A DNA stretch of 64,000 nucleotides from a virus. This document shows positions 29,964-39,093 of the stretch, in pieces; the first letter of the stretch is position 1; each line of letters opens with the position of its first letter. The notes beneath the pieces are model-generated. The model ran no database searches and was not told where the DNA came from. It saw only the letters and a program-made list of their open reading frames with translations. The stretch lies in IMG/VR virus record IMGVR_UViG_3300028908_000007, positions 1-64,000 of that record. One strand, given 5' to 3'. A program made the position numbers and the translations under genes.

Positions 29964-30425
29964 GTGAATCCTTACTTTGTTAGGGATGTCGTCAAGGAAG
30001 ACGTTATTCACTCCGGAGAGAAGGTTACGTGGCTTGGTGTTGACATTACACCACACGATTACCATCCAGATTATTCAGCACCTGGTATGGTATTGCCTCC
30101 TCCATCAGATCAAAATACGAGATACGATTTATTTACAGAGATGGAAACTACCGCGAAGACATATCTAATACTGGATAAACTTAATAGTAATCGAATTGAA
30201 AGATTGTTACATCAACGACCGAGGCTTATAAAGGTATTGCCACATGGGTCTGGTGAGACAGATTATTACATTCTGACATTACCAGAGTTCCTGTGGTTAC
30301 TGTATAACTATTTCATGGACATGCATCGACATAAAGTATTAAGTTACGATATGATACTGCGTCTCCTTGAATATGGTTTTTATAAGCTCCCCCATTCACC
30401 AGAACATATAGGTTTCTTCTTATGA
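29964..30425 (+). CDS. Hypothetical protein
   Basis: ORF coupled to the next gene. Confidence 0.5.
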   Translation: MNPYFVRDVVKEDVIHSGEKVTWLGVDITPHDYHPDYSAPGMVLPPPSDQNTRYDLFTEMETTAKTYLILDKLNSNRIERLLHQRPRLIKVLPHGSGETDYYILTLPEFLWLLYNYFMDMHRHKVLSYDMILRLLEYGFYKLPHSPEHIGFFL

Positions 30426-31606
30426 GCGATATCAAAATAGTCGATATACAATACCATTCCATACATCCATGCTACAAGAAAGCAGATAACATCTTAGATA
30501 AATCCATGAATCTTCTCTTGAGTCAGATGGCTTACTTCTATCTGACTCTTGAGTATCATGGAGTAGTAAAACAGATCGATATGTCGGATCCTGTAATTAC
30601 TACATCATACGCCATGTGGAATATGTCTCTTCGTGAGTGGATTAACCAACATGGTCCTTATTTTAAGATCTATCGTTCACCATCTGTCGTTGCGAAGGAG
30701 GTAATATCGTCAACCTACACACTGGTTAAGTTTGTTGGAATGCCGTATTTACAAGAAGTATATTCCAAGGATATATTTGGCAGGGATAGACAGTTCCACA
30801 TACACGATTATACAAAGTCCGATTATCAGGAATACTACGATACCCACTTATTCTTTGTAAATGGATACTACCACAAGGCAAGCACAAACCCAGATGGAAA
30901 GGGTATAACAATTCATGACGCAACAAGCACTGCTTCTCATTCAAAAGTAAAGGAGGTGGTCCATCTAAATTGTAAGAAACCAGTCAAACGGCTTCCTATT
31001 GAAGCCTCACATATTGTCCAAACAAACCCAAACATGCTGAATGGTTTTACCATCCAGATTCCAACAACTGAGGAGGTGCAAAACCCAATAGTATTTATCT
31101 GTGGTATGCTGCTTGATAATGAATTTTATCAGGTGGTTTCAAAAAGCCCATCGCTTCTTACTTTGGAAATAAATCCATTTGTATTGGATTTCAAGAAGTT
31201 CTTTTATCACGCTAGCAGATTTCTCGATCTGAAGGAGGTGTTTCAATACCGTATCCCAGCCACTTACTTTGAGACTCTCAATTTTTGGGAGGATTTGTTA
31301 ACATCTAACTATTCGGAGGTAATTGATATCGGAGAAAACTCAGAACTTGTACATACTCCCATAGAGCATATACTTTGCGATCTTAAAGATTCGTTAATCA
31401 AAACCGAATACTACCAGATAGTTCCGGTAGAGAACTTTCATAAAACAATGTACGGGATAACAGATGCTGTAGATTTCGATTTTCAAGATCCTACAAAGAC
31501 ATACCGTTTTAATCCAATACAAATAATGGTCGGAAGTGATTACATTCGCTACGACTACAACGCAAAACCAAAATTCATTTTTCAAGTCGCTCACACCGTT
31601 TACTAG
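30422..31606 (+). CDS. Putative virion structural protein (phiKZ-like)
   Basis: LFFVNGYYH and VFICG motifs typical of phiKZ-like virion proteins; next to the portal gene. Confidence 0.55.
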   Translation: MSDIKIVDIQYHSIHPCYKKADNILDKSMNLLLSQMAYFYLTLEYHGVVKQIDMSDPVITTSYAMWNMSLREWINQHGPYFKIYRSPSVVAKEVISSTYTLVKFVGMPYLQEVYSKDIFGRDRQFHIHDYTKSDYQEYYDTHLFFVNGYYHKASTNPDGKGITIHDATSTASHSKVKEVVHLNCKKPVKRLPIEASHIVQTNPNMLNGFTIQIPTTEEVQNPIVFICGMLLDNEFYQVVSKSPSLLTLEINPFVLDFKKFFYHASRFLDLKEVFQYRIPATYFETLNFWEDLLTSNYSEVIDIGENSELVHTPIEHILCDLKDSLIKTEYYQIVPVENFHKTMYGITDAVDFDFQDPTKTYRFNPIQIMVGSDYIRYDYNAKPKFIFQVAHTVY

Positions 31607-31627
31607 CCACATATTACACATTCTTGT

Positions 31628-31660
31628 CCCGCCCTTCGGGGCGGGTGTGGCTTTTTTTCT
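31628..31660 (+). terminator. Intrinsic terminator
   Basis: cccgccc-ttcg-gggcggg plus T-tract. Confidence 0.8.
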
Positions 31661-31695
31661 TTATTTAGCGTATTTTTACATCCAGATGCCTATCC

Positions 31696-31790
31696 AAATA
31701 TACCTCTAGGAGGCTCTCAGATGCGTTCTAAGGCGTTTTTAGACATCTACCCATACCTACCTACAGGGTAGGGGTCTTTAACGTCTTAAA
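31696..31790. repeat. Phased quasi-palindromic element, copy B (intergenic)
   Basis: CCTCTAGGAGGCTCTCAGATGCGTTCTAAGGCGTTTTTAG with TA/CA steps at 31707, 31718, 31729 and 31740. Confidence 0.75.
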
Positions 31791-31808
31791 TGTCGTAGGG
31801 GAAAGACT

Positions 31809-31841
31809 ACCTCTGCGGACCAAAACGGCCCGCAGAGGTAA
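31809..31841 (-). terminator. Hairpin terminator for the portal gene
   Basis: tacctctgcgg/ccgcagaggta stem. Confidence 0.65.
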
Positions 31842-31850
31842 TAGGAGTAA

Positions 31851-34220
31851 TTAAAACTCAGGTTCTTCCTCAGCGCCGCCAGTATCACCACCAGCAGCAG
31901 GTTCTTCCTCACCTTCTTCGCCTTCTTCTAAGCGATCCAGCTTTTTCTCCAGCTTCTTTTTGACCGGATTGATATTCTTAAGGTAATCGTATATTGAATT
32001 CATCAACTTAGTACTGTGCTCAGAAGTAATTTCTGACAGAGGTATCACCGGCTTGCCTTCTCCGTCTGTATTGATAATATCGAATAGCTCTGGCAAGTAG
32101 TTGTTGTCTGCCATCCATTTCCTTAAGAAGTACGCCTTATACACTTCTATAATGACAGGTAGCTTATCTCCAATATCTCCAACAACTTGTGAATCCAACA
32201 GCTCTTCTTTCAGTAGAGCTTCCACAGCTTCATCAAGAGCGCTCTTATATTCATTATACTGTTCTGTAAGGTTTTGCAGAGTCGTAGTTTCTGGACTTGG
32301 TAATTTTATAATAATATTGTCTATAAATGCCTCAGTGATTGTATTTATTGCAACAGGATTATCCAGATTTTTCCTATGTTCTGGTGGTAATTGTTTTTTG
32401 ATAGAAGGGAGGTTATCCTTTACAATTTCCCGTAAGTTGTCTTTGATAATTTCGTCATAGCGTACCAACTTTCTAACATGGTCTGTAATGAATCGATTAA
32501 ATACCTTCTGATACATACTGATTCGTTTACTGAGCAAGATATTGTTTGCTACTACAGTGGTGGCGAAGTCTCCAGAGAATCCATTGTCTACTACTTCAGC
32601 AGGAAGACCCAATGCCATAAAGGATCTTTTCCTTAGATTCTCATCGAGTTCATCATCTGGTAGTTCGTGATTTATTTTAGTACTTTCATAATTTATGTTC
32701 GTAGTAGGAATACGAGGATGTCCACTAAATTCGAACTCATATCCTAATTGACTTGCCCAGTTGGCTAGGTCTGAAATATTAGTAGAACCAACAGGCAGAT
32801 AAGTCCTTTGTGATCCTAATATGTAGGATACGATAGTCTCTATTGTTTTATCTGGATCTGGATCTGTTTCATCCAACTCTACTTGTACTTTTGTAGTAGG
32901 TATAGTATTCTTTACCATTGCCATTAATTTAGCAAAAAGTGTCATTGCTCGTATAGACGAAATTACTAAAAGGTCATCCGTAAGACTTTTACCTACACCG
33001 TTTGGATAGTATTTGTATGCATAATACACCATAACTTCTTGTGGAATATACAATATTTTTGTTTTCATCTTAGACATATGTCTAAAGAGTAATAGTTTGT
33101 ATACTTCGTCCTTATTACTGATTTCTATTTCTTCTTTCTTATATACTCCATTCTTTAACTTTTCTACTAACTCTTTTTCCACCAAATCCTTGTAGAAGCT
33201 CAATACTTCTGGCATATTCTTGGTGCCTTTCTTATTTATATTTAATGCCTTCTTGGCTTTCTTTATGATTCGAGAGGTTTCTACTTCACCACCTAACTGT
33301 GTGTTGAAAACTTCTGAAAACTTCTTATCGCTAAACTCTTCTGTATGTTTTCTTGTAATTGGATTACCAGTATTATCCAGTAATACGAAGATGCCGAGTT
33401 TCTTATCTAATCGACCAGGAGATTGTACTGGAATAACAGCCTCTGATGGTAAGTTTAATACCATAGGACGCCCAATACTTTCTCGTTCTCCAGTAGTCGG
33501 CATAGTTATCATTGTCTTGTCTTTGTTTGCAATATCTGCATTATAGAGCCAAGACATTCCAGCCCTTCTCGTTCTTGTACCAGTAATAATAGATTCTACC
33601 GTTACTTCTCTTTCTATTTCGTAGAACTTCGGTAACTTTAATTGGTCGAGATTATCCGATATTTCCAAATACTCGTCTACAGTTTCAGTGTTAGACAATA
33701 TGCCTTTATTGGAGCTAATATGATATTTTCGTTCCAATACACTTTCTGTAGTAACTTCCTTATTGGCTAGTAAACGATCTAGGACGTTTTCTGGAATAAT
33801 ACATACGACATGACTTCCCTTTTCAAATAAGACATTTCTGATGATCTCTGGTAGTTGACTTCCAATATCATAAATTGTGTTTATATTCTCTTTAACATGA
33901 CTTAAAAGCTTATTTACCAAGTCATATGGTAGGTTAATTTTATCAACTGAGTATTGGAGTTCCTCAGACATCATGTCCTTAGGAGACATGATGGAAGATA
34001 CTAATATCTGTATTGCCAGCTCCATATCTGGGAACAGACTGGTAATATCTTCCAGGACTTCCTGCCGTTTTATAGTTCCTTTAGAGATATTGCTTAACGC
34101 GTCTAACGGTGGCGTTGTAATCTTTTTATTTTTTTCCTTTACACCTTTTGCTAGTAATGAGCCAAGATATGGTGTTTTGCTGGCAGTATCTTCTATCTGA
34201 ATGTTAGTGGTTTTTGTCAT
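31851..34220 (-). CDS. Portal protein (phiKZ gp129-like)
   Basis: LFPDMELAIQILVSSIMSPKD, LPSEAVIPV, G.GKSL and FATTVVANNILL motifs; ~790 aa; acidic tail. Confidence 0.75.
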   Translation of the reverse strand: MTKTTNIQIEDTASKTPYLGSLLAKGVKEKNKKITTPPLDALSNISKGTIKRQEVLEDITSLFPDMELAIQILVSSIMSPKDMMSEELQYSVDKINLPYDLVNKLLSHVKENINTIYDIGSQLPEIIRNVLFEKGSHVVCIIPENVLDRLLANKEVTTESVLERKYHISSNKGILSNTETVDEYLEISDNLDQLKLPKFYEIEREVTVESIITGTRTRRAGMSWLYNADIANKDKTMITMPTTGERESIGRPMVLNLPSEAVIPVQSPGRLDKKLGIFVLLDNTGNPITRKHTEEFSDKKFSEVFNTQLGGEVETSRIIKKAKKALNINKKGTKNMPEVLSFYKDLVEKELVEKLKNGVYKKEEIEISNKDEVYKLLLFRHMSKMKTKILYIPQEVMVYYAYKYYPNGVGKSLTDDLLVISSIRAMTLFAKLMAMVKNTIPTTKVQVELDETDPDPDKTIETIVSYILGSQRTYLPVGSTNISDLANWASQLGYEFEFSGHPRIPTTNINYESTKINHELPDDELDENLRKRSFMALGLPAEVVDNGFSGDFATTVVANNILLSKRISMYQKVFNRFITDHVRKLVRYDEIIKDNLREIVKDNLPSIKKQLPPEHRKNLDNPVAINTITEAFIDNIIIKLPSPETTTLQNLTEQYNEYKSALDEAVEALLKEELLDSQVVGDIGDKLPVIIEVYKAYFLRKWMADNNYLPELFDIINTDGEGKPVIPLSEITSEHSTKLMNSIYDYLKNINPVKKKLEKKLDRLEEGEEGEEEPAAGGDTGGAEEEPEF

Positions 34221-34226
34221 ATAAAA

Positions 34227-36221
34227 ATGGGGCGGTTGTTGATCGTGAAAAAACTCGAATTGATTCTGCAAGATTACATACTATCTACCTTTAAATTGGC
34301 AGGAAGTATGCAGATAAAAAATATAGATGCTGTAGAGAGCATCAATGACTTTTTACGCATCACACACGGTGATAGTAGTGTCGGCAGTGACCCGCTTACA
34401 TGGAAATACTATTTAAATGTTTCCGGGGAATACCACAGCACAGATAAACCAATGTCTGTAAATTCTGTGGAATTACAAGGATTGGTCATTCCATTTACTA
34501 AAGCTTCTTTAGATACCTATAAATTAACGAAAGATGTATACTCTTATGGAACCGATAAGTATTATCAGTTGGTAGAAAAATATCCAGAACAAGAACTATT
34601 AATAAAAGGAATTCTATACCCAACAGATATCAATAGAGCCATTTCTGCTCAAGATGGTGAAATACTCGCCTATGATGAGCGATATGTGCAGAGTAATGAA
34701 TGGGGTCTTATTGAGGAAATAAACCAGTGGATTTATAACTGGCTGAGTCGTTGGAATGAGCGAGGATTCACTTTAACAGACGAGCTTTATTCTGCGGCCA
34801 GACATGGTATTATGTCGATGTATCTTCCCCTGAAAATAATGGATATACGTCAAAGAAAAATAGGGACGATACATGCTCATGATTTTCATAAGAAGTTATA
34901 TATCAGTAGCAGGATGTCTGAGGATATTGTAACTTCTGTACTGAACGAATATAGCATACAATGGATCTATAGAAATCTTCGATATATCAATGCTCAAAGA
35001 GGGAAGGCTTTGACTAGCGATATCATAATAGATAATTTATTGGAACTGAACAAGATACCAATCTCATGGACTACCAGGACACAGGTAAAACAACCGTATC
35101 CTAGTCTTCTTCCAGATATACTTTATAAAGATAAAGCATTGACGACTCGTTGGAATACAGCAAAAGAGCTATACAGGACAGAAGCAGAAGTTATCGATTT
35201 AGAAAAAGACGAAGCATACTATAATGCAAGCTACCTGGATTATCATACGAAATCTTTATCGAAATATACGAGATTTTCCTCTATGCCTACTAAGGTTCTG
35301 TTATCATACATAATAGATAAAGGAGACTATGTATCACATACCTATAAACATATCTTAATAGAGCATTGGGGATATATGGTAGCTTCCAATGATTATAAAG
35401 GCAATGTGGTATGGAAGAATACCTACAATGATTTAGAACACACTCTTACTATGTCAGAAGCTTTTGCTCTATACATGTATTTCACTTTGAAGAAACTCAA
35501 TAGTTCTTTGGAGCCTGTCGGGTTCCCGAGATGGTACTACACCCATATAGCCAATAATACAGATACTGCTACAGTATTAACCAACATGCCAAAGGATGTA
35601 AAGGTAGACACAGATATACAAGACTATGGCGACCAACACACTGTAATTGATACAGTAATTGGTGGTGAATTGTTTAAGACACAGATAAAAAAGATATATG
35701 AATCAAATATCTATGGTTGGAAAAAGGTATTATCAAAAGGAAATCTATATTCAAATGGCATTATGCGTAACATGTGGTTCAAGTACTATAAGTATGGAAG
35801 CATACCTTTAACAGATTATCCGGATTACAACACAATGTTCACAGCACTAAACATTACAATGCCTGATAACATGTCCATGAGTTATATAGATACATCGTTA
35901 AACGAGTTACAAAAGTTATGTATTGGAGACGTAGATGAAGACACTTTGAGGATATTGCAAGAATCTGTATTAAGGATATTTGATCTGTCTACTTCCTATA
36001 GGACACAAACAATAAGTAAGATAACCAATACGTTCTCATATTACGGAAGACATTGTGGTGTGAAATACACACCAGGAAAGATTAGCCAGTACTATTCTAA
36101 GGTTCATCCAGTGATAAGTGAACCACCACATGAAGACATCCACGTAACAGGAGATTGGTTTCTAGTGTCTTTTGATCAATTAACACCAGCCCAACAAGCA
36201 CAAATCGGAGATATTTACTAG
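34227..36221 (+). CDS. Virion structural/baseplate protein (phiKZ-like)
   Basis: TWKYYLNVSGEYH, YPEQELLIKGILYP and YRNLRYI motifs. Start codon uncertain. Confidence 0.65.
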   Translation: MGRLLIVKKLELILQDYILSTFKLAGSMQIKNIDAVESINDFLRITHGDSSVGSDPLTWKYYLNVSGEYHSTDKPMSVNSVELQGLVIPFTKASLDTYKLTKDVYSYGTDKYYQLVEKYPEQELLIKGILYPTDINRAISAQDGEILAYDERYVQSNEWGLIEEINQWIYNWLSRWNERGFTLTDELYSAARHGIMSMYLPLKIMDIRQRKIGTIHAHDFHKKLYISSRMSEDIVTSVLNEYSIQWIYRNLRYINAQRGKALTSDIIIDNLLELNKIPISWTTRTQVKQPYPSLLPDILYKDKALTTRWNTAKELYRTEAEVIDLEKDEAYYNASYLDYHTKSLSKYTRFSSMPTKVLLSYIIDKGDYVSHTYKHILIEHWGYMVASNDYKGNVVWKNTYNDLEHTLTMSEAFALYMYFTLKKLNSSLEPVGFPRWYYTHIANNTDTATVLTNMPKDVKVDTDIQDYGDQHTVIDTVIGGELFKTQIKKIYESNIYGWKKVLSKGNLYSNGIMRNMWFKYYKYGSIPLTDYPDYNTMFTALNITMPDNMSMSYIDTSLNELQKLCIGDVDEDTLRILQESVLRIFDLSTSYRTQTISKITNTFSYYGRHCGVKYTPGKISQYYSKVHPVISEPPHEDIHVTGDWFLVSFDQLTPAQQAQIGDIY

Positions 36222-36222
36222 G

Positions 36223-37047
36223 ATGGATTACGTAGTCCCAACTATCTATCAAGCGCAATGTACTACAGCACAATTACTCGGGAAGCCATATGTTCCTTTA
36301 CAGAATACTACTCTAAATGAAAAGTGGGGTATCTATGATACGCTTATTCCATCATCGTCTACATACCCGACATTAAAATATCTTGCCATTGGAAATGGAG
36401 GCCACAAAGTATTGGATACTTCTGGAGGTCCGCCATATAGCATAAACCCAGTACAACATAAACCAATCAATGTAAGTTTGTATAATCATCTTCCATGGAT
36501 AATACGTCCTGCCAATAATGATTTAACACCCACTGAAAGATTACAATATCGTATGCGAGTACCTGTCACCATACAAGGTGATGATTATATTGCTTATTAT
36601 TTAAAGTTAGTTGATACTTCAAGCACAAACCCAACAATAAATGTAGTTACCTGGAATACCACAAGGGTATCTTCCCCACTATCAGGAGGTGGTAGCGTAT
36701 TGAACCCAATTCCTACTACTAACAATAGTACTGCTGGGGACGATTATGTTACCGTAGATGCTGAACTACCAATAAGAATAGACAATGCACAACAAAATGA
36801 AATCAGGAATGCTGGGAATCTTATATATGGAGATATGGCAAAGGTAGTGATTAGCGAACTCGGTCTTTACATGGGCATAGATACTGTAGTAAATGCAGTA
36901 GATAGTAGTTCAAATCCTTTTACATATACAGAAACCATTTATACACAACCCACAGTATTGATGAATACTTTTATCTCTTTACAACATAGTGTAAACAATA
37001 TTGAATTAGATCTCGGCATAGGCTGCGCAGAACCCATGCAACTATGA
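36223..37047 (+). CDS. Virion structural protein (phiKZ-like)
   Basis: TTLNEK, YLAIGNGGH, YYLK, ISELGL and EP C-terminal motifs. Confidence 0.65.
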   Translation: MDYVVPTIYQAQCTTAQLLGKPYVPLQNTTLNEKWGIYDTLIPSSSTYPTLKYLAIGNGGHKVLDTSGGPPYSINPVQHKPINVSLYNHLPWIIRPANNDLTPTERLQYRMRVPVTIQGDDYIAYYLKLVDTSSTNPTINVVTWNTTRVSSPLSGGGSVLNPIPTTNNSTAGDDYVTVDAELPIRIDNAQQNEIRNAGNLIYGDMAKVVISELGLYMGIDTVVNAVDSSSNPFTYTETIYTQPTVLMNTFISLQHSVNNIELDLGIGCAEPMQL

Positions 37048-37565
37048 TATCTCATATTTTAGCACTAGATCCAGGCTTAGTATCCACAGGTGTTGCCATT
37101 GGAAACATTGATTCAAACACACTTGAACTGAAGGAGGTTGATACACGAACAGTAGAGTTGGAGTTTTTGGAGAATATGATACTTCCGGAACACGGAAATG
37201 TCAGGGATCAAAGACTGTTGGGATTTAGAAATTGGCTAGTAAGTTTGATTGAAGAGTATGATATTATTACGGTAGGGTATGAAACACCCTTTTATGATAG
37301 AAGAAAACCAAATGCCCATGAGAGTCTGGTAGAGGTTTGTATGTCAATACGTATGGCGGTGTGTGAATACAATCCAGCCATACCAATACACGGGTTTTCT
37401 CCGGCAGCAGTAAAGAGGGGAATTGGTTTAAAAGGTAATGCAAAGAAAGAGGAGGTGGAAAGACGAGTAAGAGAACTATACCCGGATCTTGTTAGGAATA
37501 TCTCACAACATGAAGCAGATGCCGTAGGGGTGTTGCACACGTTACTTCAAAAATTAGGAGGGTAG
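37044..37565 (+). CDS. ruvC: RuvC-like Holliday junction resolvase
   Basis: ILALDPG, YETPF, SPAAVK and HEADAV motifs. Confidence 0.85.
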   Translation: MISHILALDPGLVSTGVAIGNIDSNTLELKEVDTRTVELEFLENMILPEHGNVRDQRLLGFRNWLVSLIEEYDIITVGYETPFYDRRKPNAHESLVEVCMSIRMAVCEYNPAIPIHGFSPAAVKRGIGLKGNAKKEEVERRVRELYPDLVRNISQHEADAVGVLHTLLQKLGG

Positions 37566-37632
37566 TCTATCAAATAGTTTATCTTTTCTGTTTGTGTTCT
37601 TTTTGTTTGATTGTTTTTAAAGGGGGTTTAAA

Positions 37633-38367
37633 ATGCCTATTTTTACCGATACTCCAAGAGAAGTCGTTTATACGGAAGATATTACTCTGGACGACTTGGA
37701 AAAAATGACAGAACTCGAATTTAGTAAGTTGTTATTCTTTAGATCAGATATTTCACACGCATTGTGGTTTGCAATCGCTACTGTTATTCTTACATTTGTT
37801 ATAGGTTATAAGATGTACCATAAAATTACTACAAATTCAGTACAAGTTACTGTTAATGAAGCAATAGAAAAAATAGAGACACAACACCAACAGGAATTTA
37901 GGAAACAGGAGAAGGTACATAAAGTATCCAGGAGAGTTGTATCCAAAACAATGGTACAAGAAGCAAAGGCTGCACAGTCCTTCGATGAAATTAAAAGACT
38001 CATGCTGAAGACATCTACAGAAGACGAACGATATGTGTTAATAAAGAGAGCATTTGATTTGTTCGACAGCTTGCATCCTTCAGAGTCGTCTGAATTCAAG
38101 AAACGAATCTATAATGCTAAGACAGTAAATGAGATGTATGAGATTACATACGAATATATGATACTCATGCATCCTGATTATGGAAGAGAAGCTTTAGAAC
38201 GTTATCGTCAGGGCAAGCCTTTAAAGAATAAAATCACTGTAACGAAAGTAAAACCAAAAGGAGGACTTGTTCATACGGTCTACAAAGGTGTTGGAAAACC
38301 AATTTCCATTGCTGCACCTACTATTGATCCGAACAACCCAGACACATGGTTAAAACCGTTTGTATAA
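37633..38367 (+). CDS. Single-TM membrane protein, i-spanin candidate
   Basis: One TM followed by a helical/coiled region; 3' end overlaps the o-spanin start. Confidence 0.4.
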   Translation: MPIFTDTPREVVYTEDITLDDLEKMTELEFSKLLFFRSDISHALWFAIATVILTFVIGYKMYHKITTNSVQVTVNEAIEKIETQHQQEFRKQEKVHKVSRRVVSKTMVQEAKAAQSFDEIKRLMLKTSTEDERYVLIKRAFDLFDSLHPSESSEFKKRIYNAKTVNEMYEITYEYMILMHPDYGREALERYRQGKPLKNKITVTKVKPKGGLVHTVYKGVGKPISIAAPTIDPNNPDTWLKPFV

Positions 38368-38684
38368 CATTTCTTATTCTTCTAGTAGCTAACGGCTGTT
38401 CTATATTCAGTAAACGAAAACCTATTATAGTACAACAACAAAAATTATCGACAGTACAGATACCTGAAGAATTACTGAAACCATGTAAGTCTTTTAATCT
38501 TCCGAATAATGAGGAGTGGAAAAATCTATCACCAACTCTTAGAGGTATGGTGTTGTCATTGACAGTGGTGGAGTTATTGAACAGAGTTGCAGAATGTAAT
38601 AGTAGGATAAGTGGAATAAGAGAATGGAACGAAGAAATTATAAAGGTCTTAGGTGATGAGAATACATCTGCCGTCGCACAGTGA
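38346..38684 (+). CDS. Outer-membrane lipoprotein o-spanin (Rz1-like)
   Basis: Lipobox-like VANGC, IPEELLKPC and ECN.RI..IREW pattern. Confidence 0.7.
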   Translation: MVKTVCITFLILLVANGCSIFSKRKPIIVQQQKLSTVQIPEELLKPCKSFNLPNNEEWKNLSPTLRGMVLSLTVVELLNRVAECNSRISGIREWNEEIIKVLGDENTSAVAQ

Positions 38685-39093
38685 CGATATACGGATATTT
38701 TATAAGACATATAAAGAAGAATTCTCTAAATGGCTAGAAGATGAGGATATATCAAAGTCTTCACTAGGTAGAATACACGCTGCCTTTAAAGAACTCGATA
38801 GTAAGGATCAAGAAACAATTATATACATACTTCTATTAGATGTAATACGCTGTTATAGAATACCTGATAAAGCTGCCAGAGAAGCTGAAATCGAATTCAG
38901 CTATCTCCGGAAGCTTAGTCAGGTAAAGATTAACTTTATAAGAGTATTTGGCTACCTGATGATTGGTATCCTAGTATTTGGATTGGTAATTGCTATAGCA
39001 TCGATACTGAGTTTGTATAACTGGAACATAGTAGATCTTATAAAAGATCTGGCCACACATATTGGTATTTTTGGCATGAGTTCTAAATACTAG
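38653..39093 (+). CDS. Hypothetical membrane protein
   Basis: C-terminal TM segment. Confidence 0.5.
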   Translation: MMRIHLPSHSDDIRIFYKTYKEEFSKWLEDEDISKSSLGRIHAAFKELDSKDQETIIYILLLDVIRCYRIPDKAAREAEIEFSYLRKLSQVKINFIRVFGYLMIGILVFGLVIAIASILSLYNWNIVDLIKDLATHIGIFGMSSKY

